The position numbers were made by a program, and so were the translations under genes. Shown here piece after piece: positions 39,663-50,336 of a DNA stretch of 64,000 nucleotides (its first letter is position 1; the number at the start of each line of letters is the position of its first letter). The notes under the pieces were generated by a model that saw only the letters and a list, made by a program, of their open reading frames with translations, was not told the DNA's origin and searched no databases. This DNA comes from Candidatus Cloacimonadota bacterium (GTDB lineage Bacteria; Cloacimonadota; Cloacimonadia; Cloacimonadales; WRIO01). Where the stretch lies: NCBI GenBank assembly GCA_029564175.1, contig JAKQQL010000474.1:34441-98440 (forward strand), read 5' to 3'.

Positions 39663-41029
39663 TATATTTCCTCCCTATCATTTACCATCGTAATTGTTCC
39701 AACCATTTTCAATTTTAACAACGTTTCATTTAAATAATCTACAACTTTTTCATCCCCAACATAAACCAATTCATCATGGACTAGATAAGATGGCATCAAC
39801 CCACACAAATTTTTCATATTAAAAGCAACCTTAATAATCTGATCATGAACATGTCCTTGAAGGTATTTTAAATGTTCTTTCCAAATATCCTTTTCATAGT
39901 CCTGATAATTCAATAGACAAATATAAGGATTGACAATTCTTCTCAATCCTTCATGAATGTGCAACTTGGTCGAATACTCCCTGCCTACTTTTCTATTATA
40001 CCACAAAATTTCAGTTTGTAAAGAGGTGAGATTTTCCTGTAAATCGTTGAAGTTCTTGGAAGTGTATTTTACACCAAATTTATGTTGAACCATTTCAAAG
40101 ATAATTTCGGGGTCATTGCCAGAATGTATGAAACTATTCAACACAAATTTAATCATGTCCGAAAGTTCTGGATTCTCATATCTTTTTTGAATAAGAAAAG
40201 GCAATACTTTTGAACCAGTAAACTTAGCCAAACATGTTGGTTCAGCACTTTTTAAATCCATTTTAATAATTGATTTTCCAGTAGAAAGAATTTTGTCATT
40301 GATATATTTTCTAGCTCTCTTACTATTCTGAATATTATCACTACCACTAAAATACCATCTTCCATAATTTGAAACAGTGATTTTAGGTCTTAAAATTGTT
40401 GATTCCAATTCAACACCAGATTCCAAATAATTCAACATCATTGATGTGAAATTCAATAAAGAACCTATTTTCAATCGTCTATTAAATATTTCATTGACTA
40501 GTGTTGATTCTAGAAGACAATGATAATTGTCAATTGGACATAAATTATATGAAGAGAAACAATGTGAAGTTGATCCAGTATAATAATTCCTAATCAATTC
40601 ATATCGAAGATATTTCTTATTTTTAGGCCATTGAGTTAAATCAATTGGAAAATTTGTAATGATATTGGTAAATTGAAAAATCACATTCATCCATTTCTTT
40701 TTCGAATAAATGGAAATTTCTTCGTAATAAAATTCCTCCTTTTTAAAATAATACAGTTGCATATTCTTACCATTTTCAATAATGATAATGGTATTTTCAT
40801 CAAAAGAAACCGATTTCTTCCACTTGATCTTTCTTAAATATTCCATAAAAAACTCTTCTGAATTAACTGCATAATTAAAGGATGAATCACATACGATTCG
40901 TTTTTTCAATTTTTTATTCCATATTTTAATAAACCTTTCTTCATTTCCAGTCAGTAATAAATTTTCGAAGATTGACATTGGACGCAGTTCCTTTCGGAAT
41001 CCTAATTTGATTCTGTATTGCAAAATCAT
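39662..41029 (-). CDS. family A DNA polymerase-like protein (catalytic core only; start may be 40978)
   Basis: YGRW, motif A MDLKSAEP, motif B K..LNSFIHS, YLQG, motif C LVHDELV. Confidence 0.7.
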   Translation of the reverse strand: MILQYRIKLGFRKELRPMSIFENLLLTGNEERFIKIWNKKLKKRIVCDSSFNYAVNSEEFFMEYLRKIKWKKSVSFDENTIIIIENGKNMQLYYFKKEEFYYEEISIYSKKKWMNVIFQFTNIITNFPIDLTQWPKNKKYLRYELIRNYYTGSTSHCFSSYNLCPIDNYHCLLESTLVNEIFNRRLKIGSLLNFTSMMLNYLESGVELESTILRPKITVSNYGRWYFSGSDNIQNSKRARKYINDKILSTGKSIIKMDLKSAEPTCLAKFTGSKVLPFLIQKRYENPELSDMIKFVLNSFIHSGNDPEIIFEMVQHKFGVKYTSKNFNDLQENLTSLQTEILWYNRKVGREYSTKLHIHEGLRRIVNPYICLLNYQDYEKDIWKEHLKYLQGHVHDQIIKVAFNMKNLCGLMPSYLVHDELVYVGDEKVVDYLNETLLKLKMVGTITMVNDREEI

Positions 41030-42038
41030 GAATTCTTGTGGATTGATTTTTCATAATTATCCTCAAATGATCAGGGCCCATTGATGTAAAAATGTCATTT
41101 GGGTCAGAATGTTTTAATACTACAATTTCGGTATCTGGATAATAAGACTGTAATCTTTTTGACAAATTCAAAATTGATTCAACATTTCCTTTATCTTTTT
41201 CAATTGAATCAAGAACAATTTTAATTTTTGTAAATGGTGTAAAATTATGTTTAAGTATTTCCAATCCATTCTTTGAAAGATTTTTACCAAGTAGGGAAAT
41301 AGCAACATAATCATTCATGGATTTATTAACACTATAAGCATCAAAATATCCTTCTGTAATATAAAGGACATTTGTTTTTGGATTTGAAACAACTTCATCC
41401 AAAAAAGAAAAAGATTCAGAAGGTTTACTAAAATGATACTTTTCAATGTCTTTAGAAGAAAGATTATAATATCTCGGAGACTTACCAATATCATGATATT
41501 TTCTTCCTACCAAATGACTGACTTCATAATTATTAATGATAGGAATGTAAATATAATTCTCATCAACAAAATAATTGTCAATTTCTTCAACATCACCATT
41601 TGTTCTTTTAAGAGCATATTCATAAGCACTTGACACTTCTGAAATATGAAGTAGTTTGTAATCATTAATGAATTTACTAAAATTAGATTCTTTATTGGCA
41701 GTTTTTTCTTTGTATTCTTGAATTGTTAAAGAAGTAATTATTCTTGCCATGTCATAATGACTAACACCTAAGTCTTCTGCCATGATATAATAAAATTCAT
41801 CCAACAAATCATAATCCTTGAAGTATTTAAAAATGGTTTTGGATTCCTTACATTTAAAACAATAAAAATTGTTCCATGTAAGATTAATTATACCATGAAA
41901 CTTTGTATCTTGGCAATAGGGGCAATTGACAATCAGTTTATCATGTTCCGAACTGTTCTTTGTTTGAATATTGTTCAAAATAAATCTTTTAATTACTGGC
42001 AAGTGTTCTTTTGTGAGATGAATAAATTGTTTATTCAT
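40941..42038 (-). CDS. DNA primase (gp61-like)
   Basis: CPYC..CFKC zinc finger; TOPRIM EGYFDA, LD, DPND. Confidence 0.85.
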   Translation of the reverse strand: MNKQFIHLTKEHLPVIKRFILNNIQTKNSSEHDKLIVNCPYCQDTKFHGIINLTWNNFYCFKCKESKTIFKYFKDYDLLDEFYYIMAEDLGVSHYDMARIITSLTIQEYKEKTANKESNFSKFINDYKLLHISEVSSAYEYALKRTNGDVEEIDNYFVDENYIYIPIINNYEVSHLVGRKYHDIGKSPRYYNLSSKDIEKYHFSKPSESFSFLDEVVSNPKTNVLYITEGYFDAYSVNKSMNDYVAISLLGKNLSKNGLEILKHNFTPFTKIKIVLDSIEKDKGNVESILNLSKRLQSYYPDTEIVVLKHSDPNDIFTSMGPDHLRIIMKNQSTRIHDFAIQNQIRIPKGTASNVNLRKFITDWK

Positions 42039-43383
42039 TGCTTTCCTCATCTCCAGAAGGGCCATCTTCTTTTGACCAATCTCTTGTTAAACATCTTGAA
42101 TAATCAATATAGGCATTAAATGCTCCACCATCTTCCCCATAACGAGAAGCAGCTACAAACAATTTAGCCTTATGATTTCGTTTATCAGCAGGAGTGCAAT
42201 TAATACTGACAGCAACAGTTGCAATTCTTACAATACCAAAAGATTCAGCAACATCTGCCATATCAATTAATTCTCCCTCTTCAAGTCTTCGAACAGAATC
42301 CCTATTTGTTTGAGAAGCCGTCACGAGTCTGATTTTCAATTCTTCAGCTACTCGTTTCAATCCATAATAGATATTGTCTATTTCAAATCTTTTCTGTGTA
42401 TATCTCCTAGTTGGTGCCATAATATCAGCATAGTCAACACAAACCGTATCAGGAAAGAAACCAGTAACGCAATGGTGTTTCTTAATGAACATCAACAGTT
42501 GATCAGGTGTAAAAGCATCAGGAGGACATTCTTTCACAACTAATTTTCCAAGATAATCTTTTTGTAATTCTTTTAATCTACGAACAGTCGTATTCATTAG
42601 GAGTTCATTCTTTGTTAATCCAAGAAGTCTCATATCATATCTATCAATAATTCTTTTTTCTGACATTTCCAAAGTAATATGTAAAACATTTCTTTGTTCA
42701 AGTAATGCTTTGGCCCCAACATTTACAAGAAACATTGATTTGCCAGCTTTGGCAGGAGCTAGAAAAGTAAACAAATCTCCTTCTGTTAAACCACCATCCA
42801 ATGCTTCATCAAGTCTTGAAAATCCTGTAGGAATTCTTAAATAGTCGGTATGTTCCAATCTAGCTTTATGACGAGTTAATATTTCCTGTTCATCATAAGC
42901 TACTGTTCCCATTTCATAAATATCAGTTCCAACAGATAATGCTTCTTCAATACGTTCCTTAATCTTTGGATATTTTTCAATTTCCGAAAGATCATTAATA
43001 GATTCAACAATACTCTTTTTCATTGCCTGGTGTTGAACAAATGTCAAAACATTATCTTGAATAAAATCAAGTTCACCTTGTTTAAGATCACGATAATTAT
43101 AAACCGTTTCAATAAGTTCATCAACTTCTTCTGTTTTTACTTTGGCAGGAATGAAATTATCCAAAGCAATCTTAGAAGGAAGTTCTTGATACTTCTCAAA
43201 GAATTTTCTAATTGCAGCAAACAATAAAGAATACGTGTCCACCTCAAAATGAAGTGGACTAATTTCACTTCCCAATCTCAACATAAATGTGGGATGTTGT
43301 AAACAAGCAATAATTACTTCCCTTTGAAAATCTAATGTAAAAGCAAATTTGTCTGGTTCATAAACTGTATTGTTATGAGTCAT
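42031..43383 (-). CDS. DnaB-like replicative helicase (gp41-like)
   Basis: APAKAGKS, TLEMSE, VDYADIM, TASQTNR, AESFG. Confidence 0.9.
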   Translation of the reverse strand: MTHNNTVYEPDKFAFTLDFQREVIIACLQHPTFMLRLGSEISPLHFEVDTYSLLFAAIRKFFEKYQELPSKIALDNFIPAKVKTEEVDELIETVYNYRDLKQGELDFIQDNVLTFVQHQAMKKSIVESINDLSEIEKYPKIKERIEEALSVGTDIYEMGTVAYDEQEILTRHKARLEHTDYLRIPTGFSRLDEALDGGLTEGDLFTFLAPAKAGKSMFLVNVGAKALLEQRNVLHITLEMSEKRIIDRYDMRLLGLTKNELLMNTTVRRLKELQKDYLGKLVVKECPPDAFTPDQLLMFIKKHHCVTGFFPDTVCVDYADIMAPTRRYTQKRFEIDNIYYGLKRVAEELKIRLVTASQTNRDSVRRLEEGELIDMADVAESFGIVRIATVAVSINCTPADKRNHKAKLFVAASRYGEDGGAFNAYIDYSRCLTRDWSKEDGPSGDEESNE

Positions 43384-43422
43384 TCAATATCCTCCAATTT
43401 TTGTAAACCTTCCTCAATGATA

Positions 43423-44091
43423 TCATGAATCGTCAAAATTGGCAAGACTGATTTTTTGTTTGGTCAAACTTGATCGAATTTTTGAATCTTCTGTAGTATT
43501 ATTAGATGTTCCATTCAAAACATAATCTCGAAAACATTTACTAAATTCACCTTGAAAAATCATTACAATTTCTTTATATTTCAATTCTGAATGTTGATGT
43601 TGAATCTTTTTCAAATTGGAAATATCTACTTCATATATAGAAGAGGCCCATGACAACATTTCATCGGCCTCTTTAATTCCCTTCTTTTTTAAATATCTCA
43701 ACTTTTTGATTTCAGCATTTTTCATTTGTTGATAAAATCCAAAAAATTTAACACTCAAAACCATATTTGCCAAAGGAGTGTTATGTTCGATATTCATCAA
43801 TGTTTTTATATTTTGCCAATTAGAAATAATTACTCTTAAATATTCATACAATGAAACATTTTTTTCATCAATAAATACTTGAAGTTGAATTATTTGTTTC
43901 CATTCACTTACAGATATTAAATATTTTCCAAGAGTTAATCCATTAGGAATTTTATCAATGTTTGGCACTTTAATACTTCTACCTTCTTGCCAAAAATACT
44001 TTTGAATTAATCTATTGTAAAGAGCACATGATTCTCTAAGTGCTCTATAAGCACTATAATCTTGTTTGTCTCTTTGATTTAGAAAAATCAT
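43423..44091 (-). CDS. hypothetical protein in the replication operon
   Basis: ORF between the sigma factor and helicase genes. Confidence 0.65.
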   Translation of the reverse strand: MIFLNQRDKQDYSAYRALRESCALYNRLIQKYFWQEGRSIKVPNIDKIPNGLTLGKYLISVSEWKQIIQLQVFIDEKNVSLYEYLRVIISNWQNIKTLMNIEHNTPLANMVLSVKFFGFYQQMKNAEIKKLRYLKKKGIKEADEMLSWASSIYEVDISNLKKIQHQHSELKYKEIVMIFQGEFSKCFRDYVLNGTSNNTTEDSKIRSSLTKQKISLANFDDS

Positions 44092-44096
44092 GATAT

Positions 44097-45056
44097 TTAA
44101 TAGTTTTTATCAATATACATCATTACACTTACTAAATTTTCTGATTTAACATAATCAGGTAAATTTGTTTTAAAGATATTGTTCTTTATAAATGTAATCT
44201 TTTTCATTAATGCTTTTGGCAATGTTAAATAAGCATTTGATCTATAGACAGATTTAGTATTATCAATTTTATAATTATCAGTAATCCAATCTAATAGCTT
44301 TTGAATACTCATTTGAATTGCTTTAAAAATAGCTTTATATTTAGCTTCCAGAGAAACTTCTTTTTGAAAGAGATTTGTAATAGATTTCTTTTTATTTGTT
44401 TCTGATGGTATGATTTCTTCTTCTAGATTTTCTTGAATGGCAAGAATCAAAGAATTCAATTCTTTTTTATCATTGAGTAATATATTTAACTTATCTGAAA
44501 TTGACTTAAAATAAAAATAGACAAATTGCATATCTTCTATATTTATTTCATCACTTTCTGGCCCTATATGATCAAAGATTTTAATAGGATTGCCAGAGTA
44601 TCCAGACTTACAAACAACAGGGTCTTTTTCAAAATCATTTACATATCCAAAAATATCATCATCAGAATTTTCATCATTATTAGAATTTTGCAATTCATGA
44701 ATAGACATTTCACAACTGTGTTTCAATAACTTCTGATAATACATGAGAAAAGTATTTTTAATAATTCTATTTGAATATGGGAATACTTTGCCTTTTTCTA
44801 AAGTAAATCTTTGAAGAGATTTATATATTTCATAGATAGCATAAGCAATGGCATCATCCCGATTATCCTTAATCAAATCATTAGCATAAAATTGTTTGTT
44901 CAACATCCCATTTGCCTGGGCCACAAATTGATGGTATAATGGGGCAAGATCATTCATGTCCTTACTCTCTTGATATCGAAGAATACATTCTTGAGCCATT
45001 TTTTCATCAAAATACATTTTTTTCGGTTTCTTTTCTACATCTTCCATTAAATTCAC
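44097..45056 (-). CDS. gp55-like phage sigma factor
   Basis: KMYFD..; RDDAIAYAIYEIYKSLQRFTLEKGKVFPYSNRIIKNTFL resembles sigma region 2 of gp55. Confidence 0.65.
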   Translation of the reverse strand: MNLMEDVEKKPKKMYFDEKMAQECILRYQESKDMNDLAPLYHQFVAQANGMLNKQFYANDLIKDNRDDAIAYAIYEIYKSLQRFTLEKGKVFPYSNRIIKNTFLMYYQKLLKHSCEMSIHELQNSNNDENSDDDIFGYVNDFEKDPVVCKSGYSGNPIKIFDHIGPESDEINIEDMQFVYFYFKSISDKLNILLNDKKELNSLILAIQENLEEEIIPSETNKKKSITNLFQKEVSLEAKYKAIFKAIQMSIQKLLDWITDNYKIDNTKSVYRSNAYLTLPKALMKKITFIKNNIFKTNLPDYVKSENLVSVMMYIDKNY

Positions 45057-45081
45057 CTCGGGGTCTCAAACTGTTTCTACC

Positions 45082-45110
45082 AGTATACCACACAAATCCA
45101 GTTTTGGCAA
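45082..45110 (-). promoter_or_regulatory. promoter for the leftward replication operon
   Basis: reverse strand TTGCCA-N17-TATACT with TGn. Confidence 0.75.
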
Positions 45111-45138
45111 CCCCGAAGAAGTTAAGGAAAGTTGACGC

Positions 45139-45167
45139 TTGCCAAATTTTGGTGGGTGTGATATAAT
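45139..45167 (+). promoter_or_regulatory. promoter for the clamp loader gene
   Basis: TTGCCA-N17-TATAAT with TGn. Confidence 0.8.
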
Positions 45168-45208
45168 GAAAAAGAGTTGGAACAAAAACCCTGACTGGAG
45201 GAAATTGA

Positions 45209-46132
45209 ATGAATGCTTTGGAATTAGACAAAAAGATTAATGATGTTTGGTTTGAAAAATATCGTCCACAGACAATGGACGATCTTATTTTGGAACCTGA
45301 TTTGAGAACATATTTTGAAAAGATTATTGAGGAACAGAAGTTGCCCCAACATTTGATGCTTTATGGAAGTGCGGGAGTTGGAAAGGGAAGTATCATTAAT
45401 GTATTGGTAAATGCAATTCCTTGCACTGTCTGTTATATTGATGGCAGTGCAGATAACAAGGTTGAAAACATTCGTGAAAAAATTATTCCATTTGCTAAAT
45501 CAGGAAGAATATTTAAGAATCAAATCAAACTTGTTATTATCAATGAGTCTGATAGACTTACCCCTGAAGCAATGGATGCTCTAAAGGATATTTTAGAGAC
45601 GGGTTCATTAACTTGTAGATTTATTTTTGCATGTAATCGAATTGAGAGAATGATTGAACCTATTAAAAGTAGATGTTTGAATTTCCGAATTAAACCACCT
45701 ATTAAAGAAGTTTGCACAAAGATTTGTCAGAAGCTTAAAGAAGAAAAAATTCCTTTTGAAGTTGATGCTGTAGCAGCTATTGTAAAGAAAAAGTATCCTG
45801 ATTTTAGGGGCACTTGGAATGAACTTCAATCAATGGCTATTTCAATGGGAGAAATTAGCACTTCCTTTATTAAAGGCACTTCTGATGAATACAAATCACT
45901 TTTTACTAAACTGTTTAATATGACAAATATTAAAGAAATTTCAGAACTTCTGAAAAAGTCTTTGTATGACGAATCCATCTATACCGAATTGGCAAAGTAT
46001 CTCATTGAAAAATATGAAAGTGCAGATGCAGTAATTGTTTGTAGTGAAGGGATGTCAAAAGCAACAACTGTTTATGATACAGATTTGAATCTTCTGTCAA
46101 CAATTTTAACCATTAAAGAGATCATTAAATAA
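45209..46132 (+). CDS. clamp loader AAA+ subunit (gp44/RFC-like)
   Basis: WFEKYRP, GSAGVGK, NESDRL, RFIFACN, SRC, PDFR. Confidence 0.9.
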   Translation: MNALELDKKINDVWFEKYRPQTMDDLILEPDLRTYFEKIIEEQKLPQHLMLYGSAGVGKGSIINVLVNAIPCTVCYIDGSADNKVENIREKIIPFAKSGRIFKNQIKLVIINESDRLTPEAMDALKDILETGSLTCRFIFACNRIERMIEPIKSRCLNFRIKPPIKEVCTKICQKLKEEKIPFEVDAVAAIVKKKYPDFRGTWNELQSMAISMGEISTSFIKGTSDEYKSLFTKLFNMTNIKEISELLKKSLYDESIYTELAKYLIEKYESADAVIVCSEGMSKATTVYDTDLNLLSTILTIKEIIK

Positions 46133-46138
46133 TGACAC

Positions 46139-46167
46139 TTGCCAAACCCTCCCATCTGTGGTATACT
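46139..46167 (+). promoter_or_regulatory. promoter
   Basis: TTGCCA-N17-TATACT with TGn. Confidence 0.75.
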
Positions 46168-46197
46168 GGAATCAAACATCTTAGATTGGAGGGCATC

Positions 46198-46668
46198 ATG
46201 AAAATCAAAACTTTCAGCGAACTTATTGATTATTATAACAAAATATCTTTAGACAAATTCAAGGTTCCAATCCTTGAAAATAAAGTTCTTGTTTTGATTT
46301 ATCACGGAAAATATTATGCATTTTATGGTCATGCCATGGAAAGATTAATCAAAAGATTTTCTTTCCATTTTCTTGATTGGACACTAAAATTGATATCGGA
46401 AGGAGACAATAACATTGAACGATACTTAGAAACTGGTGAATCAAAAATATTCCTCATGGAATCAAATATCCGAAAAGATGAATATATTGCACGTTCACAA
46501 TCTATAAGAATGATTTATGAACGTAAAGTATTTGTCAGAGAAATAATGACAATTGATTTTGACAATGAGGAACTTTACAGAAAAAAGTATTCAAACAAGT
46601 TTAATGTTTTGAAAACAATATATTTTGATGAAAGTATTAAAACATCTAAGACAAAACGCAGGAGGTAA
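46198..46668 (+). CDS. hypothetical protein
   Basis: ATG at 46198 after GGAGGG and downstream of the promoter. Confidence 0.65.
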   Translation: MKIKTFSELIDYYNKISLDKFKVPILENKVLVLIYHGKYYAFYGHAMERLIKRFSFHFLDWTLKLISEGDNNIERYLETGESKIFLMESNIRKDEYIARSQSIRMIYERKVFVREIMTIDFDNEELYRKKYSNKFNVLKTIYFDESIKTSKTKRRR

Positions 46669-46674
46669 TATTAA

Positions 46675-46992
46675 ATGAATAGAAATGATTTAGAAAGAGA
46701 ATTCAATGAAGTATTTCAGGAGTTTCATCCTTTTCACTGGACGACAAAAAAAATTCCGAATATTAATAAGGATTCTAAAATTTTGATTGATGGCAAAGTG
46801 TATTGTTTGATCGAAGATCAGTCAAACATGCCTAAGTATCAAGTTGGTGATAAGGTCTATGCTCCATTCTTTGTTCAGGGTGTTAAACTTGATGAAAATG
46901 GTCGAATTATTTATCTTTTGTCTTTGAATCCCAATGAAAAACCTTTGATTCAAACAGATGAAATTAATCTTTTAAAGCCTTCGGAGGAATAA
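46675..46992 (+). CDS. hypothetical protein (SH3-like C-terminus?)
   Basis: AGGAGG RBS; PKYQVGDKVY. Confidence 0.6.
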   Translation: MNRNDLEREFNEVFQEFHPFHWTTKKIPNINKDSKILIDGKVYCLIEDQSNMPKYQVGDKVYAPFFVQGVKLDENGRIIYLLSLNPNEKPLIQTDEINLLKPSEE

Positions 46993-46996
46993 ATAA

Positions 46997-47779
46997 ATGA
47001 GTGAAGCTAAACTGACCCTTTCTGGCGATATTCTTAAATCCATTGGTAATTTTATTTCAATGGTTCCAAGTAAGATTTTTGGCTCAATTCCTCTTCGATT
47101 TGAGAATGGTTGTATTAAGATTGAAGCAACATCTTCGTCTTTTGGATATATAATTTCCTTCAAGAAAGAAATTGAAGACCTTGAAGTTGATGAACCATTT
47201 GTAATCAATTTCTTGGCTGATAAGTCTATTGATAAGATTTTTACTTCTTTCAATACCATTGAATTTTATGATGAGTATATTCATGCCATGAAGCTGAACA
47301 AAAGTGGCGATGTTCAAATTGATACTGTTCTGACACTTTTGGAAACTGATGAAATTACAGAAGTGCCACATTCTGTTGAAGAGATTTATGATTTTATTAA
47401 ACAGGCTAATGAAGATGTTGATGATGATGAAAAGTTTACCACAACTCTTGACATGGAAACAATTTCTGATTTCCTTGGTTCTCTCAAGGTCTTGGCAGAA
47501 CAGGATAAATTTATTGTTGATGTGAAAAAGACTGGTCAATTTGAAATTATCGGTGAAGATTATACAAAGACAAAGGTTGCCTATACTTTTGGTAAAGTAA
47601 AGTGTGATAAACCTTTCAAAGCTGTTTACAAAGAACATTTGCCTAACATAATGTCGGAAGTAAAGTCTTCAAAGATTTGTGATGATGCCACTTTCTTTGT
47701 TTCTCCAAGTGTAATTATCATTGAACCAAATTCTAAAGAAGATGGGGAACAATATATCTACGTTGTTGCTAGCGTGTAA
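46997..47779 (+). CDS. sliding clamp (gp45/PCNA-like)
   Basis: acidic 260-aa alpha/beta protein near the clamp loader; ends YIYVVAS. Confidence 0.6.
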   Translation: MSEAKLTLSGDILKSIGNFISMVPSKIFGSIPLRFENGCIKIEATSSSFGYIISFKKEIEDLEVDEPFVINFLADKSIDKIFTSFNTIEFYDEYIHAMKLNKSGDVQIDTVLTLLETDEITEVPHSVEEIYDFIKQANEDVDDDEKFTTTLDMETISDFLGSLKVLAEQDKFIVDVKKTGQFEIIGEDYTKTKVAYTFGKVKCDKPFKAVYKEHLPNIMSEVKSSKICDDATFFVSPSVIIIEPNSKEDGEQYIYVVASV

Positions 47780-47787
47780 TTGATTCG

Positions 47788-47822
47788 GGGTATAGGGGTT
47801 AAAATACTCCTATACCCTTTTT
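47788..47822 (+). terminator. intrinsic terminator
   Basis: GGGTATAGGGGT..ACTCCTATACCC plus T run. Confidence 0.8.
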
Positions 47823-47841
47823 AAATATAAGGGGTTCTATA

Positions 47842-48147
47842 ATGGAAAATTTTATGGTAGAAGAACTTGAAAGAATTCGTCCCATTCTTGATCTTATAAA
47901 TACTAAATTTTGTGAACAATTTTTTGATCATCCCAAAAGAAATAAAGACGGTTCTGTTGATATCAATATTAAATTTGATGAATTTGATTCTAAAGATATT
48001 GATTATGCGTGGGAACTTTACCTTCATTCTTTTACCAATTGTCTAAATGAATTATTTGAAAAGAACAATATTACTTCTAGAATTTCTTTGATAAAAGGTA
48101 TTGATGGAATTCTTGAATTGAAAACTATTGAGGTAAATAATGAATAA
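47842..48147 (+). CDS. hypothetical protein
   Basis: ORF with RBS, coupled to the next gene. Confidence 0.6.
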   Translation: MENFMVEELERIRPILDLINTKFCEQFFDHPKRNKDGSVDINIKFDEFDSKDIDYAWELYLHSFTNCLNELFEKNNITSRISLIKGIDGILELKTIEVNNE

Positions 48148-49198
48148 TATTTTAATCATTGACTATTTTTCTCTTGTTAAAAGATATTATAGATTAGATG
48201 AAGATCAAGATAAAAATGATTTCATTATGACCTATATTGATAAAATTCTTCCTAGAATTGTTGAAGCCATGATTAAATATAAGCCAGTTATCACTTTTGT
48301 TGCCTGTGATTCTGGTAAAAACGTTCGTGCATTAGCTATTAATTCTGAATATAAAGGCAATAGAAAAAAGGCTAAAAGTATTTCAGAAGAGGAATTAATG
48401 CAATCAAAAATTGAATTGTTGAAAATTTTTGTGAAAGCTCTTCCAGTTGTATTTCTTGAAAATAAAAATACGGAAGCTGATTTCATTGTATATAGTGTTA
48501 TTAATTATCTCAAAGAAACAATTGGACTGGAAAATGTTCAATATATCATTGGAAGTAGTGATAGTGATTTTATTCAACTTTTTGATGATGATGTTGTTAT
48601 GAATAATTGGAATCATCCAAATGTTCTCATTACTCAAAAGAATTTTTCTGACTTTTTTAAAGGGTTAGATGGTTTTTGTTGGCCAGAGGCTTATGCTTTT
48701 GCCAAATCATTTACCGGAGATACGGCAGACAATATTAAAGGCGTCGGTGGTTTTGGATGGAAAACAGTTATTAAACTGTTTAAAATCATTGGGCCGGTAT
48801 CTTCTATTAAAGAACTTCAAACTAAAGTAGATGAACATCTTAGTAATAAAAAAGGTGATAAATCAGATTTAGCTTTGTTAAATAGAGTAAAGAAAACAAT
48901 TCTTGGGAACAAATCAAAATTTGAAAAGCTCTTAAATAATCAAAAAATTATTGACTTTTCTATGTTGGAAACTCCTTATTTCATGGAAGTTAATAATACG
49001 ATTGAAGAAGGATTATCAACGTTAATTGAATTTGATGAAAAGAATTTTAAGAAAATCATTTCTGTTGATTGTTATTTGGATGGAACAGAAGATGATAGGA
49101 GAGTTAAAAGATCATTCCTTAAAGAAATTATGTTATTGAAACAAATTGTTTCAAGAAGTAATAAATTTATTGATCAAAATATTCCGTATGAAGAATAG
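48140..49198 (+). CDS. rnh: 5'-3' exonuclease / T4 RNase H-like
   Basis: LIID, YKGNR, EADF, SSDSDFIQL, GDTADNIKGVGGFG. Confidence 0.9.
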   Translation: MNNILIIDYFSLVKRYYRLDEDQDKNDFIMTYIDKILPRIVEAMIKYKPVITFVACDSGKNVRALAINSEYKGNRKKAKSISEEELMQSKIELLKIFVKALPVVFLENKNTEADFIVYSVINYLKETIGLENVQYIIGSSDSDFIQLFDDDVVMNNWNHPNVLITQKNFSDFFKGLDGFCWPEAYAFAKSFTGDTADNIKGVGGFGWKTVIKLFKIIGPVSSIKELQTKVDEHLSNKKGDKSDLALLNRVKKTILGNKSKFEKLLNNQKIIDFSMLETPYFMEVNNTIEEGLSTLIEFDEKNFKKIISVDCYLDGTEDDRRVKRSFLKEIMLLKQIVSRSNKFIDQNIPYEE

Positions 49199-49217
49199 AT
49201 TTGAGGTGTCTTAAAGA

Positions 49218-50336
49218 TTGAAAATATTGTTTTTTACAGATTTACATATTCCAAACCAAACGAATTCAGTATCTAATTCTGATTTTAGGGAGTGTTTGGA
49301 ATTTCTACAATTTATTAAAGAACAGATTGTAGAAAATAGAGTTGATCTAGTAATATTTGGTGGTGATTTATTTGAAGACCCTAAATCAATTACATCGTCA
49401 GCCTTGACATTCTTTTCAGATGAAATTGCCACTATTGCCCAATTGAGTCAATTAATTCTTTTAGTAGGAAATCATGATTCAATTGAACATAACAAAATTG
49501 AAGATACTCAAAGAATTAGTCTTTTGAATCATTTGAAACATTATGATAGGGTTAATGTAATAGATGCTCCTCATTGGATTACTATACATGAAGAAATGAC
49601 ACAATTGGTTTTTGTGCCATATTGTAAAAACATTTCTGATATTCTTGAATCAATGGCATTTAATCTTCACGAATCTCATAGAAAGATTCTCTTTGGACAT
49701 TTTGAAATCAGTGATTTTAATTATGTTAATATGAATAAAGAAATGATATTATCAACAGTTGGTAAATTACCATCTGTCAAAGATATAATTGAAACATATA
49801 AATATGATTTATCATTTATTGGGCATATTCATGAACCAAAAACATTTGGCCCTAATCAGGAAGTCATTTACACTGGCTCTTGTAGGAATATTGACTTTGG
49901 AAATTCAACAGAAGACAAATTTATTTATTTGATTGATACACAAACACTGTCTTATGAAAAGATTAAGAATCCAAATACCTATACTTTCAAGAAATTCTAT
50001 TCATTGGAAGATGTTAAGAAATATATGGTAGAAAAAACAAAATCTGAATTATCAAGAACAAGAATTATTTTTCACTATAAAACAATGGACGAAGTTCAAA
50101 AGATTAATAAGATAAAATCGTATTTTGATTCTGTTAGGTTAGATAAAATCATTGAAGAAGAAAAATCAACTTCAAATAATGATTCAAATCAAAGTCCTGA
50201 ATTTTTTAATAGAAAATATGAAATTGTCAATGAAAACAATATCTTGTCTTTTATTTTTGAATTTGATAATATTGATGAAAAGAAAAAAGATTCCTATATT
50301 CAAATGTTTGATTATATTAGGAGACAGAAAGTATGA
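49218..50336 (+). CDS. Mre11/SbcD-like nuclease (gp47-like)
   Basis: TDLH, GGDLF, GNHD, GH, GHIH. Confidence 0.9.
   Translation: MKILFFTDLHIPNQTNSVSNSDFRECLEFLQFIKEQIVENRVDLVIFGGDLFEDPKSITSSALTFFSDEIATIAQLSQLILLVGNHDSIEHNKIEDTQRISLLNHLKHYDRVNVIDAPHWITIHEEMTQLVFVPYCKNISDILESMAFNLHESHRKILFGHFEISDFNYVNMNKEMILSTVGKLPSVKDIIETYKYDLSFIGHIHEPKTFGPNQEVIYTGSCRNIDFGNSTEDKFIYLIDTQTLSYEKIKNPNTYTFKKFYSLEDVKKYMVEKTKSELSRTRIIFHYKTMDEVQKINKIKSYFDSVRLDKIIEEEKSTSNNDSNQSPEFFNRKYEIVNENNILSFIFEFDNIDEKKKDSYIQMFDYIRRQKV

Noticed and set aside
46132..46197. ORF-track N-terminal extension of the 46198 gene (likewise 56099-56146 and 11046-11096)
   Set aside because: These stretches hold a promoter, terminator or RBS; downstream ATGs have better SD sequences
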